Assembly (NCBI GenBank): GCA_050018275.1
Contig: JBEKAK010000017.1
Span: 6,015-70,014, forward strand
DNA length: 64,000 nucleotides
From: Terriglobia bacterium
Lineage (GTDB): Bacteria; Acidobacteriota; Terriglobia; UBA7540
Reading direction: 5' to 3'
How positions within the stretch are numbered: the stretch's first letter is position 1; each line of letters begins with the position of its first letter. Made by a program: the position numbers and the translations under genes. A model generated the notes under the pieces. It was not told the origin of the DNA. It made no database searches and was given only the letters and a program-made list of their open reading frames with translations. Positions 1-9,139 of this stretch are shown here, piece by piece.

Positions 1-126
1 GTTTAGATACTTGTCGCGCTTTTCCAGCAGGAAATCAAACAGCAGGACGGCCAAGCCGAACATGGTCAGGAGGACCTCCGGCTTGATGGCCAGATAATCC
101 GCCCGGTGAAAGAATGCGTTCCACAT
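1..126 (-). CDS. nuoN: NADH-quinone oxidoreductase subunit N, first 42 codons only (runs off left edge)
   Basis: Reverse translation from ATG 126-124 gives MWNAFFHRADYLAIKPEVLLTMFGLAVLLFDFLLEKRDKYLN, which is hydrophobic and NuoN-like. The start overlaps the nuoM stop (ATGA), and the position after nuoM is canonical. Confidence 0.7.
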   Translation of the reverse strand, partial: MWNAFFHRADYLAIKPEVLLTMFGLAVLLFDFLLEKRDKYLN

Positions 127-1730
127 CAGTGGCTCGCCCCTGCCGCAGTGGCGGGCGCCTCCAGGCCGGCCGGCACCGCGCGAGGCGACGGTGCGGCCGC
201 GCTCGCCGATTGCGGCGCCTTGAAGAAATCCGGATTCAGCCGCTCGACGATGGCATTGACCGGCTTATCCAGCACGTTAAAGAAGGGCTTGGGATAAAGG
301 CCGATCCAGAACGCCCAGATGACCAGTGGAACCAGCGTCATGATCTCGCGGAAACTCAGGTCCTTAAGGACCTGGTTCTTGGGATTCTCGCACGGCCCGA
401 ACATCGTCCGTTGGTAAAGCCAGAGCATGTAGGCAGCACCCAGGACGATCCCCGCCACCGCCCATGCCGCCCAACGCCAGTTCACTTCGTACGCACCCTG
501 CAGAATCGTAAACTCGCCGATGAACCCATTGAGAAGTGGCAAGCCGATCGACGACAGCATCACGATCATAAAGAGCGTCGCATACACGGGCATCACGTTA
601 GAAAGCCCGCCCAGCTCCTTGATCTCGCGCGTATGGCGGCGCTCGTAAATCAGACCGACAATCAAGAAGAGAGCCCCCGTGGAAATGCCATGGTTGACTT
701 GCTGAATCACGCTTCCCTGGAGGCCGTGCGGGTTCAGCGCGAATATCCCCAGCGTGCAGAAGCCCAGATGGCTGACGGAAGAATACGCGATCAACTTTTT
801 CATATCGCGCTGCATCATGGAGACCAACGCGCCATAGATGATGGCGATGATGGAAAGCACAACCATCACTTTGACGATTCTCGGGTTCGTGCTCGCTTGT
901 GGGAGCAGGGGCAGGGAGAAACGGACGAAACCGTAAGTGCCCATCTTCAGCAAAACCCCCGCCAGGATCACCGAGCCCGCGGTGGGAGCCTCCACGTGAG
1001 CGTCCGGCAACCAAGTGTGGAACGGAAACATCGGCACCTTGATTGCGAACCCGACCATAAATGCCCAGAAGACCCAGTACTGAAGATTCAGCGGCCAAGT
1101 GTGTTTCATCAGCTCCAGGACGTTAAAGGTGTACAGTCCCGTGTCGGCATGGTAGCGGAAGTAAAGAGTCAGGATGCCGAGCAGCATCAGGACCGAACCC
1201 GCCAGCGTAAAGAGGAAAAACTTGATCGCGGCATAGAGCTTGCGCGGCCCGCCCCAGACTCCGATGATGAAGTACATCGGAACCAACATCACTTCCCAGA
1301 ACACATAAAAGAGGAAGAAATCGAGCGACATGAAAACGCCCAGCATGCCCGCCTGGAGCAAAAGAAACATGGCGTAGTATTCCTTCACGCGCTCCTGAAT
1401 GCTGGTCCAGGAAGAAAGGACGGCAAGAAAACCCAGCACCGTCGTCAGCATGATGAGCAGAAAGCTGATGCCGTCGATTCCCAGGAAGTACTGTGCACCG
1501 ATGGAGGGAATCCAATTGTGGCGTTCGATGAACTTGAACTGCTGGTCTGGAGCCTCGCTCGAGAACCAGAAGACCAGCGGCAGCGAGGCGAGAAAATCCA
1601 CGAACATCACGACGTTACCCCACCACCGAACGGCCTGCTTGTTTTCACCGGGGATGAAGAACAAGGGGATCATCCCCACCACCGGAATAAAGAGGATGAT
1701 GCTCAAAATGTGGTCATGAAAGAACGGCAT
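126..1730 (-). CDS. nuoM: NADH-quinone oxidoreductase subunit M
   Basis: 534-aa polytopic membrane ORF with the antiporter-like NuoM pattern (WLPDAHVEAPTAGSVILAGVLLKMG). Sits between nuoL and nuoN. Confidence 0.95.
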   Translation of the reverse strand: MPFFHDHILSIILFIPVVGMIPLFFIPGENKQAVRWWGNVVMFVDFLASLPLVFWFSSEAPDQQFKFIERHNWIPSIGAQYFLGIDGISFLLIMLTTVLGFLAVLSSWTSIQERVKEYYAMFLLLQAGMLGVFMSLDFFLFYVFWEVMLVPMYFIIGVWGGPRKLYAAIKFFLFTLAGSVLMLLGILTLYFRYHADTGLYTFNVLELMKHTWPLNLQYWVFWAFMVGFAIKVPMFPFHTWLPDAHVEAPTAGSVILAGVLLKMGTYGFVRFSLPLLPQASTNPRIVKVMVVLSIIAIIYGALVSMMQRDMKKLIAYSSVSHLGFCTLGIFALNPHGLQGSVIQQVNHGISTGALFLIVGLIYERRHTREIKELGGLSNVMPVYATLFMIVMLSSIGLPLLNGFIGEFTILQGAYEVNWRWAAWAVAGIVLGAAYMLWLYQRTMFGPCENPKNQVLKDLSFREIMTLVPLVIWAFWIGLYPKPFFNVLDKPVNAIVERLNPDFFKAPQSASAAAPSPRAVPAGLEAPATAAGASH

Positions 1731-1781
1731 CGTTGACCTCGGAAAAGCAGTTCACCTTTCAAACGCCCACGCAAATAAGTC

Positions 1782-3821
1782 TCAAAAATGAATCAGGTAG
1801 TAAACCATGAAAATGAAAACACCGAGAGTAATAAACCAGGCATAAGACTGCAGCAAGCCGGTCTGCAAAATGCGCGCCGGATAACTCAACACCTTGACAA
1901 CGAAGGCCAGGACGTTTACCAGGCCGTCGATGACCCAGGTATCCCACAGGCGCGACAACTCCGCCGACATGCGTGTGGACCAGCCCACCCCGTTCACGCC
2001 ACCATCCACAACGCTCAGGTCAAACGCGGCCAGCGCGTTGCCAAGGTCTTTCGCGCGATTCACGAAAAGGGCATCATAGAGTTCGTCGATATAGTACTTG
2101 TTGAGCAGGAGGGTGTACCCCGCGCCGGCTGCGGCCGCCACGCGCTCCGCGATTTTGGGCTGTCTTACGTACCAGCGGTACGCCATGGAGAATCCGACCA
2201 AAGCCACCCCCACGGAGAGCAACATCAAGCCGAACTCCAGGTTCCACGTGTGCTCCCGCGCAGGGCGCAGGGCGGGATTCTCAAAGACAGGATCCAGAAA
2301 CCTCCCGAACCAGTTGCCCCCGCCCAGTACTTTCGGCCAGCCCACATATCCGGCCCCCACCGCCCCCACCCCCAGGCAGATGAGTGGCACGGTCATCGAG
2401 GAGGGAGATTCGTGAATGTGGTGCTCCACCTCGTGCGGCACGCGGGAATTCCCTGCGAAAGTCAGGAAGAAGAGCCGGAACATGTAGAACGCCGTTAGGC
2501 CGGCAGTCGCCACTCCCACGAACCAGAGCACCTTGTTCCCGTAAGGGCTGGCGAACGCTTGCCAGAGAATCTCGTCCTTGCTGAAGAAACCGGAAAGCAG
2601 CGGCGCGCCGCTGATGGCCAACGTGGCTGCGAGCATGGTCCAGGCGGTGGTGGGAATCTTGCGCCACAACGCGCCCATCTTGCGCAGGTCCTGCTCACCG
2701 CTGAGCGCGTGGATGACGCTGCCCGACCCGAGGAATAACAGTGCCTTGAAAAAGGCATGCGTCATCAAATGGAAGATACCAGCGCCGAACGCACCGACGC
2801 CGCAAGCCAGGAACATGTAGCCCAACTGGCTGACGGTGGAGTAAGCGAGCACGCGCTTGATGTCGTTCTGCACGAGGCCGATCGATGCCGCCCAGATCGC
2901 CGTGGCCGCGCCGATCGCGGCGACCAGCGCCAGCGCCGTCGGTGCGAGCACATAAAGAGCATTCGAACGCGCCACCATGTAAACTCCGGCGGTCACCATG
3001 GTGGCGGCGTGAATCAACGCGCTGACCGGTGTGGGGCCTTCCATGGCATCGGGCAACCACACGTAAAGGGGAATCTGCGCGGACTTTCCCGTGGCGCCAA
3101 TGAAGAGCAGAATACAAATCGCGGTGATCACGCCGTCGCCCACCGCGAAGCGCCCGCTCCGCGCGGCTTCGGTGATGGGGAGAAAGTCCAGAGTGCCGAA
3201 AGTCACTGCCATGAGCATCATGCCCAGCAGGAACGCCGCGTCGCCGATGCGGTTGACGACGAAAGCCTTCTTCCCGGCGTCCGAAGCGGACTTCCGGTGG
3301 AAGTAGAAACCGATCAGGAAATACGAGCAAAGCCCTACACCCTCCCAGCCGACAAACATCATCAAGTAGTTGTCTGCCAGCACCAGGACCAGCATGGAGA
3401 ACATGAACAGATTTAGATAACCAAAGAAGCGGTAATACCCACCTTCGTGGCCCATATAACCAATGGAATAAACGTGAATGAGAAAGCCTACCCCAGTCAC
3501 GACCAGCATCATTACGCAGGAGAGCGGGTCGAGCTGAAATCCCACGTAGACGTTCAGATGACCGAGCGACCCATCGGCGAGGTGAAAGGCGCCCGCCGGA
3601 AGCCATGAGTAAAGGACCTTAGTGAAGGTATGGTTCGCCTCCGCAGGCAGGCTGAGGAACTGAAAGAAACAGCCCAGCGCCCACAAGCACGACAGGCCCG
3701 GCAGTCCGACGGAAACCGCGGAGACAGCCTTGTTTGAGAGCCTGCGACCCACAAAGAACTGGATGGCAGCTCCTAGAACCGGAAGGACGGGAATCAGCCA
3801 AATGTAATCTAGAAAATGCAT
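1782..3821 (-). CDS. nuoL: NADH-quinone oxidoreductase subunit L
   Basis: 679-aa ORF with NuoL-type antiporter motifs (WLPDAMEGPTPVSALIHAATMVTAGVY) and a long C-terminal extension typical of NuoL. Confidence 0.95.
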   Translation of the reverse strand: MHFLDYIWLIPVLPVLGAAIQFFVGRRLSNKAVSAVSVGLPGLSCLWALGCFFQFLSLPAEANHTFTKVLYSWLPAGAFHLADGSLGHLNVYVGFQLDPLSCVMMLVVTGVGFLIHVYSIGYMGHEGGYYRFFGYLNLFMFSMLVLVLADNYLMMFVGWEGVGLCSYFLIGFYFHRKSASDAGKKAFVVNRIGDAAFLLGMMLMAVTFGTLDFLPITEAARSGRFAVGDGVITAICILLFIGATGKSAQIPLYVWLPDAMEGPTPVSALIHAATMVTAGVYMVARSNALYVLAPTALALVAAIGAATAIWAASIGLVQNDIKRVLAYSTVSQLGYMFLACGVGAFGAGIFHLMTHAFFKALLFLGSGSVIHALSGEQDLRKMGALWRKIPTTAWTMLAATLAISGAPLLSGFFSKDEILWQAFASPYGNKVLWFVGVATAGLTAFYMFRLFFLTFAGNSRVPHEVEHHIHESPSSMTVPLICLGVGAVGAGYVGWPKVLGGGNWFGRFLDPVFENPALRPAREHTWNLEFGLMLLSVGVALVGFSMAYRWYVRQPKIAERVAAAAGAGYTLLLNKYYIDELYDALFVNRAKDLGNALAAFDLSVVDGGVNGVGWSTRMSAELSRLWDTWVIDGLVNVLAFVVKVLSYPARILQTGLLQSYAWFITLGVFIFMVYYLIHF

Positions 3822-3846
3822 TTCAGTGAAGCGCTCTCTTACCTCA

Positions 3847-3867
3847 GTTGTCCGTTGTCCTTGGTCA
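3847..3867. repeat. Heptamer tandem tract GTTGTCC GTTGTCC TTGGTCA in the nuoL-nuoK spacer
   Basis: Read directly from the sequence. It overlaps an 8-bp inverted repeat, GTCCGTTG (3851-3858) / CAACGGAC (3872-3879). Confidence 0.5.
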
Positions 3868-3911
3868 ACTGCAACGGACGACTAGCGATGGACCATGGAC
3901 GATCTTTATCC

Positions 3912-4214
3912 TTACCATTTCAATAAATCGATCTCGTCGGCGTTCACTGTTTCCTTGTTGCGGAAGAACGCGATGATCAAGCCCAAGCCAACGGCCGCCT
4001 CCGCCGCAGCGTCTGTGATGACGAAAATCGCGAAGACCTGGCCATCGACGGAACGGAAATACTGCGAAAGCGCCACCAGGTTGATATTGACGGCGTTCAG
4101 AATCAGCTCGATGGACATCAGGATGATCAGCACGTTGCGCCGGGTCAGCACGCCGATGACGCCGATGGTAAATAACCCGCTTCCGAGAAAGATGTAATAT
4201 TCCGTGGGAATCAT
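3912..4214 (-). CDS. nuoK: NADH-quinone oxidoreductase subunit K
   Basis: The last 100 aa of the 237-aa ORF (MIPTEYYIFLGSGLFTIGVIGVLTRRNVLIILMSIELILNAVNINLV...) are a typical 3-TM NuoK. ATG at 4214-4212 overlaps the nuoJ TGA (ATGA). Confidence 0.95.
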   Translation of the reverse strand: MIPTEYYIFLGSGLFTIGVIGVLTRRNVLIILMSIELILNAVNINLVALSQYFRSVDGQVFAIFVITDAAAEAAVGLGLIIAFFRNKETVNADEIDLLKW

Positions 4215-4726
4215 TCCAGCTTCCTCTTGGCCATGATCACAGCGCCGACCATCGCCACTAATAACAAGAGCGAGGCTATCTCTACGGGCAGCATATAATT
4301 CTGGTAAAGTGCCATGCCCACCGCCTGGGTGTTTCCCGCGGGAGCAGAAACCAGCGGGTGCCCCGGCAAATTGAGGCCCTGCCCGTGGTTGTAGAGCGCA
4401 TAACCGAGTTGTGCCACCAACAGGACAGCGGTCAGCAACGCCACCTGCCAGTGTCGCGCAAAGCGCGCCTGCTTTACGGCCACATCGAGGTTGACGAGCA
4501 TGACCACGAAGAGAAACAGCACCATGATGCCGCCCACGTACAGAATGATCTGCACGGCAAAAAGAAACTCCGCGTGTTGCAGCAGATAAATTCCGCCCAC
4601 CCCAAACAGCGCCACAATCAGCCACATCACACTATGAACGGCATTGCGGCGCGTGATCACCAGAATGGCCGAAACCAGTATGACCGCCGAGAGAACTGCA
4701 AACGTGATGAGTTCCAGCATAGACAA
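4211..4726 (-). CDS. nuoJ: NADH-quinone oxidoreductase subunit J
   Basis: 171-aa hydrophobic ORF in the canonical position between nuoI and nuoK. Confidence 0.9.
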   Translation of the reverse strand: MSMLELITFAVLSAVILVSAILVITRRNAVHSVMWLIVALFGVGGIYLLQHAEFLFAVQIILYVGGIMVLFLFVVMLVNLDVAVKQARFARHWQVALLTAVLLVAQLGYALYNHGQGLNLPGHPLVSAPAGNTQAVGMALYQNYMLPVEIASLLLLVAMVGAVIMAKRKLE

Positions 4727-4748
4727 CCCTACGGCTCGATCTCTTCCC

Positions 4749-5207
4749 TCAGCGCGTATAGCGCGCGGGCTGGGGGCCTTCCTCGAGCGCCTGCCGGTGC
4801 CAGATCATGCCCTCCCGCGTGTAGTGGGCAATCTCGAAGTCCTGCGTCAGCTCCAGCGCGTCCACCGGACAGGCGTCCTCGCACAGCCCGCAGAACATGC
4901 AGCGCGAGAGATCGTACGTGAACGTCGTCAGCCGCTTCTTGCGATCCTCCGTGCGCGCCCACCCCACCACAATCAGGTTCTCCGGACAAGCCAGCGCGCA
5001 CAAGTTACAGGCGATGCACAGCGTCTCGCCCGTCTCGGGATGATTGTTCAGGCGCGGCGCCCCGCGATAACGTTCTGCCACCGGAGGCCGCTCGAGCGGA
5101 TACTGCTCGGTGTACACGGCGCCCGGGCGCTGGTAGGAAAACGTCAGCCGCAGACCGTTGATCAGGTCAATGAGAAGAAGCCGCCGCAGAAAATCCTTCC
5201 AGTTCAT
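4749..5207 (-). CDS. nuoI: NADH-quinone oxidoreductase subunit I (2x[4Fe-4S] ferredoxin)
   Basis: Two ferredoxin cysteine motifs, CIACNLCALACP and CMFCGLCEDACP. Start chosen at MNWKDF (ATG 5207), 2 nt after the nuoH stop; the longer ORF to 5321 would overlap nuoH. Confidence 0.9.
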   Translation of the reverse strand: MNWKDFLRRLLLIDLINGLRLTFSYQRPGAVYTEQYPLERPPVAERYRGAPRLNNHPETGETLCIACNLCALACPENLIVVGWARTEDRKKRLTTFTYDLSRCMFCGLCEDACPVDALELTQDFEIAHYTREGMIWHRQALEEGPQPARYTR

Positions 5208-5209
5208 CC

Positions 5210-6430
5210 TCACCTGCTCAGCCACGCCACCGGAGTCGCCGCGACATGCGAACTCAACCAGTATCGAATGATTGCCGTGGCAATCAAATTCACGAGGGCC
5301 AGGGGAATCATCCACCGCCAACCCACGTTCATCAGTTGGTCATAGCGATACCGCGGAAAAGTGGCGCGATACCAAATGAAGGCGTAAAGGAACCCCAGCA
5401 CTTTCACGCCAAACCAGAAAATCCCCTGGATGGCGCTCAGCACCGGCGGATAAGCCACCAGAATCGCCAGCAGCACAAACATTGCGGCGAGCACCACAAA
5501 AAAATAGCGCTCCAGCCGCACCAAGCTCTTCAGCCCTAGCCAGAGCACAAAGCCCGCTGCTCCCAGGAAAGCCACAATGGGAGTGAATTTGAGGAAGTCC
5601 AGGGCCGCGATATTGGCAAAGGGCCGCAGCCACCCCCCCAAAAAAAGCGTGACGGCGATGCACGAAACCACGACCATGTTCGTATACTCGGCCAGAAAGT
5701 AGAGCGCGAAACGAAAGCCGCTATATTCGGTGTGAAAACCTGCCGTCAGCTCGGATTCGGCTTCGGGCAGATCGAACGGATTGCGATTCGTTTCGGCCAC
5801 CGCAGCGATGACGTAAATCACAAAGGCCACCGGCTGGAGAAAGACGTTCCACACGCCCATTTCCAGTTGTCGTTTCACGATCTCGACCATGCTGAGGGAA
5901 TTGGCAATGAGCAGCACGCCCACCAAAGCCATTCCTGCGGCGACTTCGTAACTCACCAGTTGCGCGGAAGAGCGCAGCGCTCCGAGCAGAGGATAATGAC
6001 TGTTGGACGACCAGCCACCCAGTATGATTCCGTAGATGCCGAGCGATGAAACCGCCAATATGAACAGCAAGCCGATATTGATATCCGTTACGTAGAAATT
6101 ACCCGCGAAGGGGATGGCGGCAAAAACCGTGAAGGCGGCGGCCACGCTGATGGCGGGAGACAGCAGGAAGACCCACTTGTCCGCGCCGGCAGGAATGATG
6201 TCTTCCTTAAGCAGCAGCTTCAATCCGTCCGCGACGGGCTGCAGGAGTCCCCAGGGGCCCACGCGCATCGGACCCAGGCGCGCCTGCATGAAAGCCAGAA
6301 CCTTCCGCTCCAGGTAAACCAAGTAGGCAACAATCCCCGCGAGGACTACCAACACAATGAGGATCTTGATGAGCGCAAGCAGCAGCGGGTTGGCGTTGAG
6401 GAAATTGCTTATGTTCTCTAACATGTTCAA
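5210..6430 (-). CDS. nuoH: NADH-quinone oxidoreductase subunit H
   Basis: 406-aa polytopic ORF with NuoH/ND1 motifs (RKVLAFMQARLGPMRVGPWGLLQP, NRNPFDLPEAESEL). Confidence 0.95.
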   Translation of the reverse strand: MNMLENISNFLNANPLLLALIKILIVLVVLAGIVAYLVYLERKVLAFMQARLGPMRVGPWGLLQPVADGLKLLLKEDIIPAGADKWVFLLSPAISVAAAFTVFAAIPFAGNFYVTDINIGLLFILAVSSLGIYGIILGGWSSNSHYPLLGALRSSAQLVSYEVAAGMALVGVLLIANSLSMVEIVKRQLEMGVWNVFLQPVAFVIYVIAAVAETNRNPFDLPEAESELTAGFHTEYSGFRFALYFLAEYTNMVVVSCIAVTLFLGGWLRPFANIAALDFLKFTPIVAFLGAAGFVLWLGLKSLVRLERYFFVVLAAMFVLLAILVAYPPVLSAIQGIFWFGVKVLGFLYAFIWYRATFPRYRYDQLMNVGWRWMIPLALVNLIATAIIRYWLSSHVAATPVAWLSR

Positions 6431-6525
6431 TCCCGAGCCTGGGTACCGAAGAGAGAAGAATTATTAACGGTGAAGAGCCCAACGCCGCCGATACAGGCTT
6501 CTAGTTATTCTCCCCCAACTCGCAT

Positions 6526-6560
6526 AATTCACAATTCAGCATTCAGAATTATTCATTACC
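6526..6560. repeat. Heptamer tandem tract AATTCAC AATTCAG CATTCAG AATTATT CATTACC in the nuoD-nuoH spacer
   Basis: Five consecutive 7-nt units read directly. An AT-rich patch in an otherwise GC-rich 125-nt intra-operon spacer. The last unit runs into the nuoD stop codon. Confidence 0.55.
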
Positions 6561-7668
6561 GGTCGACTTCGCCGAGCACGATATCGAGCGTACCGATGAT
6601 GGCCACGATATCGGCCACCAGATGTCCTTGGGCCATCTTGTCCAGTGCCTGCAGATTGATAAGCGACGGCGGGCGCACCCGCACGCGATAGGGATTCGTC
6701 GACCCATCGCTGACCACGTAATAGCCGAGTTCGCCTTTGGGCGCCTCGATGGAATGGTAAACCTCGCCGACCGGCGGTTTGATGACCTTGCCGACTTTTC
6801 CAAAGATCGGCCCGGGCCCCAGGCGTTCGACGCACTGTCGAATGATCCGCACGGACTGGCGCATTTCCTGCATGCGCACGATGTACCGGTCGTAGGTGTC
6901 GCCGTGCTCGCCGATAGGGACGTCGAATTCAACCTGGTCATAGGCTTCATAAGGCTGAGCTTTGCGAATGTCCCACTTCACGCCCGAGCCGCGCAGCACG
7001 GGCCCCGTTACGCCGTAAGCAATGGCGTCTTCGCCGGAGATCACGCCCACGTTTCGCGTACGGTTAATCCAGATGCGGTTCTTCGTGAGGAGTTGCTCGT
7101 ACTCATCAACCTTGGGCAGGAAATAATCGCAGAATTTCACCACGTCCTTTTCGAACCCGTCGTAGAGGTCGTACTGAAGTCCTCCGATGCGGAAGGCGTG
7201 CGTGGTGAGGCGCGCGCCGCAATATTCCTCCACAATTTTCAGGATTTCCTCGCGCTCGCGAAAGGTGTAGAAAACCGGCGTCATGGCCCCGAGGTCGAGC
7301 GCGTGGGTGCCGAGCCAGAGGAGGTGGCTGGCGATGCGCTGCAATTCGGCCAGGATCATGCGCGTGTACTGCGCGCGCGGAGGGATCTCCACTCCCAGGA
7401 GCTTTTCGACCGCCTCCACATATCCCATGCCGTTGGTCACAGCGGCAACGTAATCCGTGCGATCGACGTAAGGAGCAAACTGCTGGTAGGTGCGGTTTTC
7501 GGCGATCTTCTCGACGCCGCGGTGCAGGTAGCCAATGATGCACTCCGTCCCCAATACGCGCTCGCCGTCGAGCTTCAACTTGACGCGCAGCACGCCATGC
7601 GTGGCCGGGTGCTGCGGCCCCATGTTAATGACCAGCTCGTTGGCGTCAAGGAAAGTGGCTTCCGGCAT
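6556..7668 (-). CDS. nuoD: NADH-quinone oxidoreductase subunit D
   Basis: 370-aa ORF with [15 protein letters not shown] and the C-terminal [20 protein letters not shown], both typical of NuoD/49-kDa subunits. Confidence 0.95.
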   Translation of the reverse strand: MPEATFLDANELVINMGPQHPATHGVLRVKLKLDGERVLGTECIIGYLHRGVEKIAENRTYQQFAPYVDRTDYVAAVTNGMGYVEAVEKLLGVEIPPRAQYTRMILAELQRIASHLLWLGTHALDLGAMTPVFYTFREREEILKIVEEYCGARLTTHAFRIGGLQYDLYDGFEKDVVKFCDYFLPKVDEYEQLLTKNRIWINRTRNVGVISGEDAIAYGVTGPVLRGSGVKWDIRKAQPYEAYDQVEFDVPIGEHGDTYDRYIVRMQEMRQSVRIIRQCVERLGPGPIFGKVGKVIKPPVGEVYHSIEAPKGELGYYVVSDGSTNPYRVRVRPPSLINLQALDKMAQGHLVADIVAIIGTLDIVLGEVDR

Positions 7669-7671
7669 GGG

Positions 7672-8412
7672 TTACTGTGCGCTCTCGATTCCCAGGTTGG
7701 CCTTCACCCAAGCGTCGTCCTGCTTGAGGATGTCGTAATCCTTGCGCAGCGGGTGTCCCACCCATCCGTCGGGCATCAGGATGCGCTTCAGATCCGGGTG
7801 GCCTTCGTACACCACGCCGAACATGTCGTAGATTTCGCGCTCCAGCCAGTTCGCGGTCGGCCAAACGCCCGTCACCGACGGAACGTTCTCCCCTTCACCC
7901 ACCTGAACCCGCAACCGCAAACGGTCGTTCCGTCGGAAAGAATAGAGGTGATAGATGATGTCGAAACGCTTTTCGCGCTTGGGATAATCCACCGCCGTCT
8001 CATCGGTCAGCAGGCTGTAAGCGCCGCCCTCGCCGCTTTTCAAGAATTCGCAGACGGCGACCACCTGCTCTTTCACCACGTTCAGCGACGGCATATTGCG
8101 GAAGATCACCGCTTCACTGATCGCGCCCGGAAATCTCTTTTGCAGTTCATCGAGGAGCGGACTCGACCAAGGCTCGGGCTTTACGGGGGCTTTGGCGGGG
8201 GTGGCGGGCGGTTTGGGCGGCGCCGCGGCTGGGGGTTTGGCGGGCGCTCCGGGTGCTCCGCCACCCGCACCAGCAGGCGCAGGTGGTTTGGATGCTGCAC
8301 CAGCGTCGGGTGTGGCTTGCGGGCTCGCCCCGCCGCCCTCCGTGGCAGGCTTTTGAGCGGGGGTTCCCGCCCCCTCGGCTGCCTTGGGCGGCTCCTGTTT
8401 TTCGTCGGTCAT
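7672..8412 (-). CDS. nuoC: NADH-quinone oxidoreductase subunit C with a Pro/Ala-rich N-terminal extension
   Basis: The C-terminal ~165 aa are NuoC/30-kDa-like ([31 protein letters not shown]). Start chosen at MTDEKQ (ATG 8412), preceded by GAGG 5 nt upstream. The longest ORF reaches 8496. Confidence 0.9.
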   Translation of the reverse strand: MTDEKQEPPKAAEGAGTPAQKPATEGGGASPQATPDAGAASKPPAPAGAGGGAPGAPAKPPAAAPPKPPATPAKAPVKPEPWSSPLLDELQKRFPGAISEAVIFRNMPSLNVVKEQVVAVCEFLKSGEGGAYSLLTDETAVDYPKREKRFDIIYHLYSFRRNDRLRLRVQVGEGENVPSVTGVWPTANWLEREIYDMFGVVYEGHPDLKRILMPDGWVGHPLRKDYDILKQDDAWVKANLGIESAQ

Positions 8413-8463
8413 TGGCCTCAGGTGGTTACGGGTAAGCCTTCGAGTCCCGCCTTGAAATGTCGG

Positions 8464-8492
8464 ATTCTCCCATACGCCAACCACCATGTCAA
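8464..8492 (-). promoter_or_regulatory. Candidate sigma70-type promoter for the nuoC operon
   Basis: Reverse strand reads TTGACA (8492-8487), a 17-nt spacer, then GAGAAT (8469-8464), about 50 nt upstream of the nuoC ATG. Confidence 0.35.
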
Positions 8493-8692
8493 CCACGCGC
8501 GATGACTGGAATTGCCCTGGTACATCGTATCCCCCCTGTGGGGTTGAAGTGTTTGAGTGAGAGGAGGAGAAGAGAGATGGCTACCTTGCTGGGTGGTAGG
8601 GACCACGGCAGCCGCTGGGCGAAACACTCAAATCTCTTCGAGTTCTACGAGTTAAGCTAGTGATTTGTTCAAGGCAAGCAAGTGAAGAGAAC

Positions 8693-8785
<93 letters not shown>

Positions 8786-8958
8786 GCGGCCCGCGAGTTG
8801 GAGGGCGAGCGGCAGCGCCCTTCAACCTTCGTATTTCTCGAGCAGTGTACCCGAAAAGCGTCCGTTCGGCTAGTGCGTTGCGCTGCCGCGCCTCCTCCAT
8901 TGAATGCGCCGGCCGGCAATCAGATCAGCCAAACAAGCCTCTCGCTTCTTCGCAACGG

Positions 8959-9070
8959 TCAGGCGAGTTCAGTTCTCAGACGTCTGTTCTGTTGGGCGGT
9001 TTCCATCTCGGAGTACTCGCTGCCTTCCGGTTCGATCAGGTATTGCTCAATTCCCCCGGGACCTCGCACC
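8959..9070 (-). pseudogene. 3'-terminal relic of a xylose-isomerase-like TIM-barrel (sugar phosphate isomerase) gene
   Basis: 8998-9057 matches 17610-17669 (the C-terminal coding end of the intact gene at 17568-18410) at 54 of 60 nt by hand count. It translates to GGIEQYLIEPEGSEYSEMET, against GGIEYYLIEQEGSDYSEMET in the intact gene. No upstream coding body remains. Confidence 0.55.
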
Positions 9071-9139
9071 GGCAGCGATCAGCGTTACAGCCGGCGGCGC
9101 GCCACGGATGGACGCGGCGAAACCGTTCGCGAAGGCCCA

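Noticed and set aside
114-1736. 540-aa plus-strand ORF
   Set aside because: It is antisense to nuoM. The Arg/His/Asp-rich composition has no recognisable motifs, typical of a shadow ORF in high-GC DNA.
6622-8505. 627-aa plus-strand ORF
   Set aside because: Antisense shadow of nuoD and nuoC, with low-complexity R/G/A-rich sequence.
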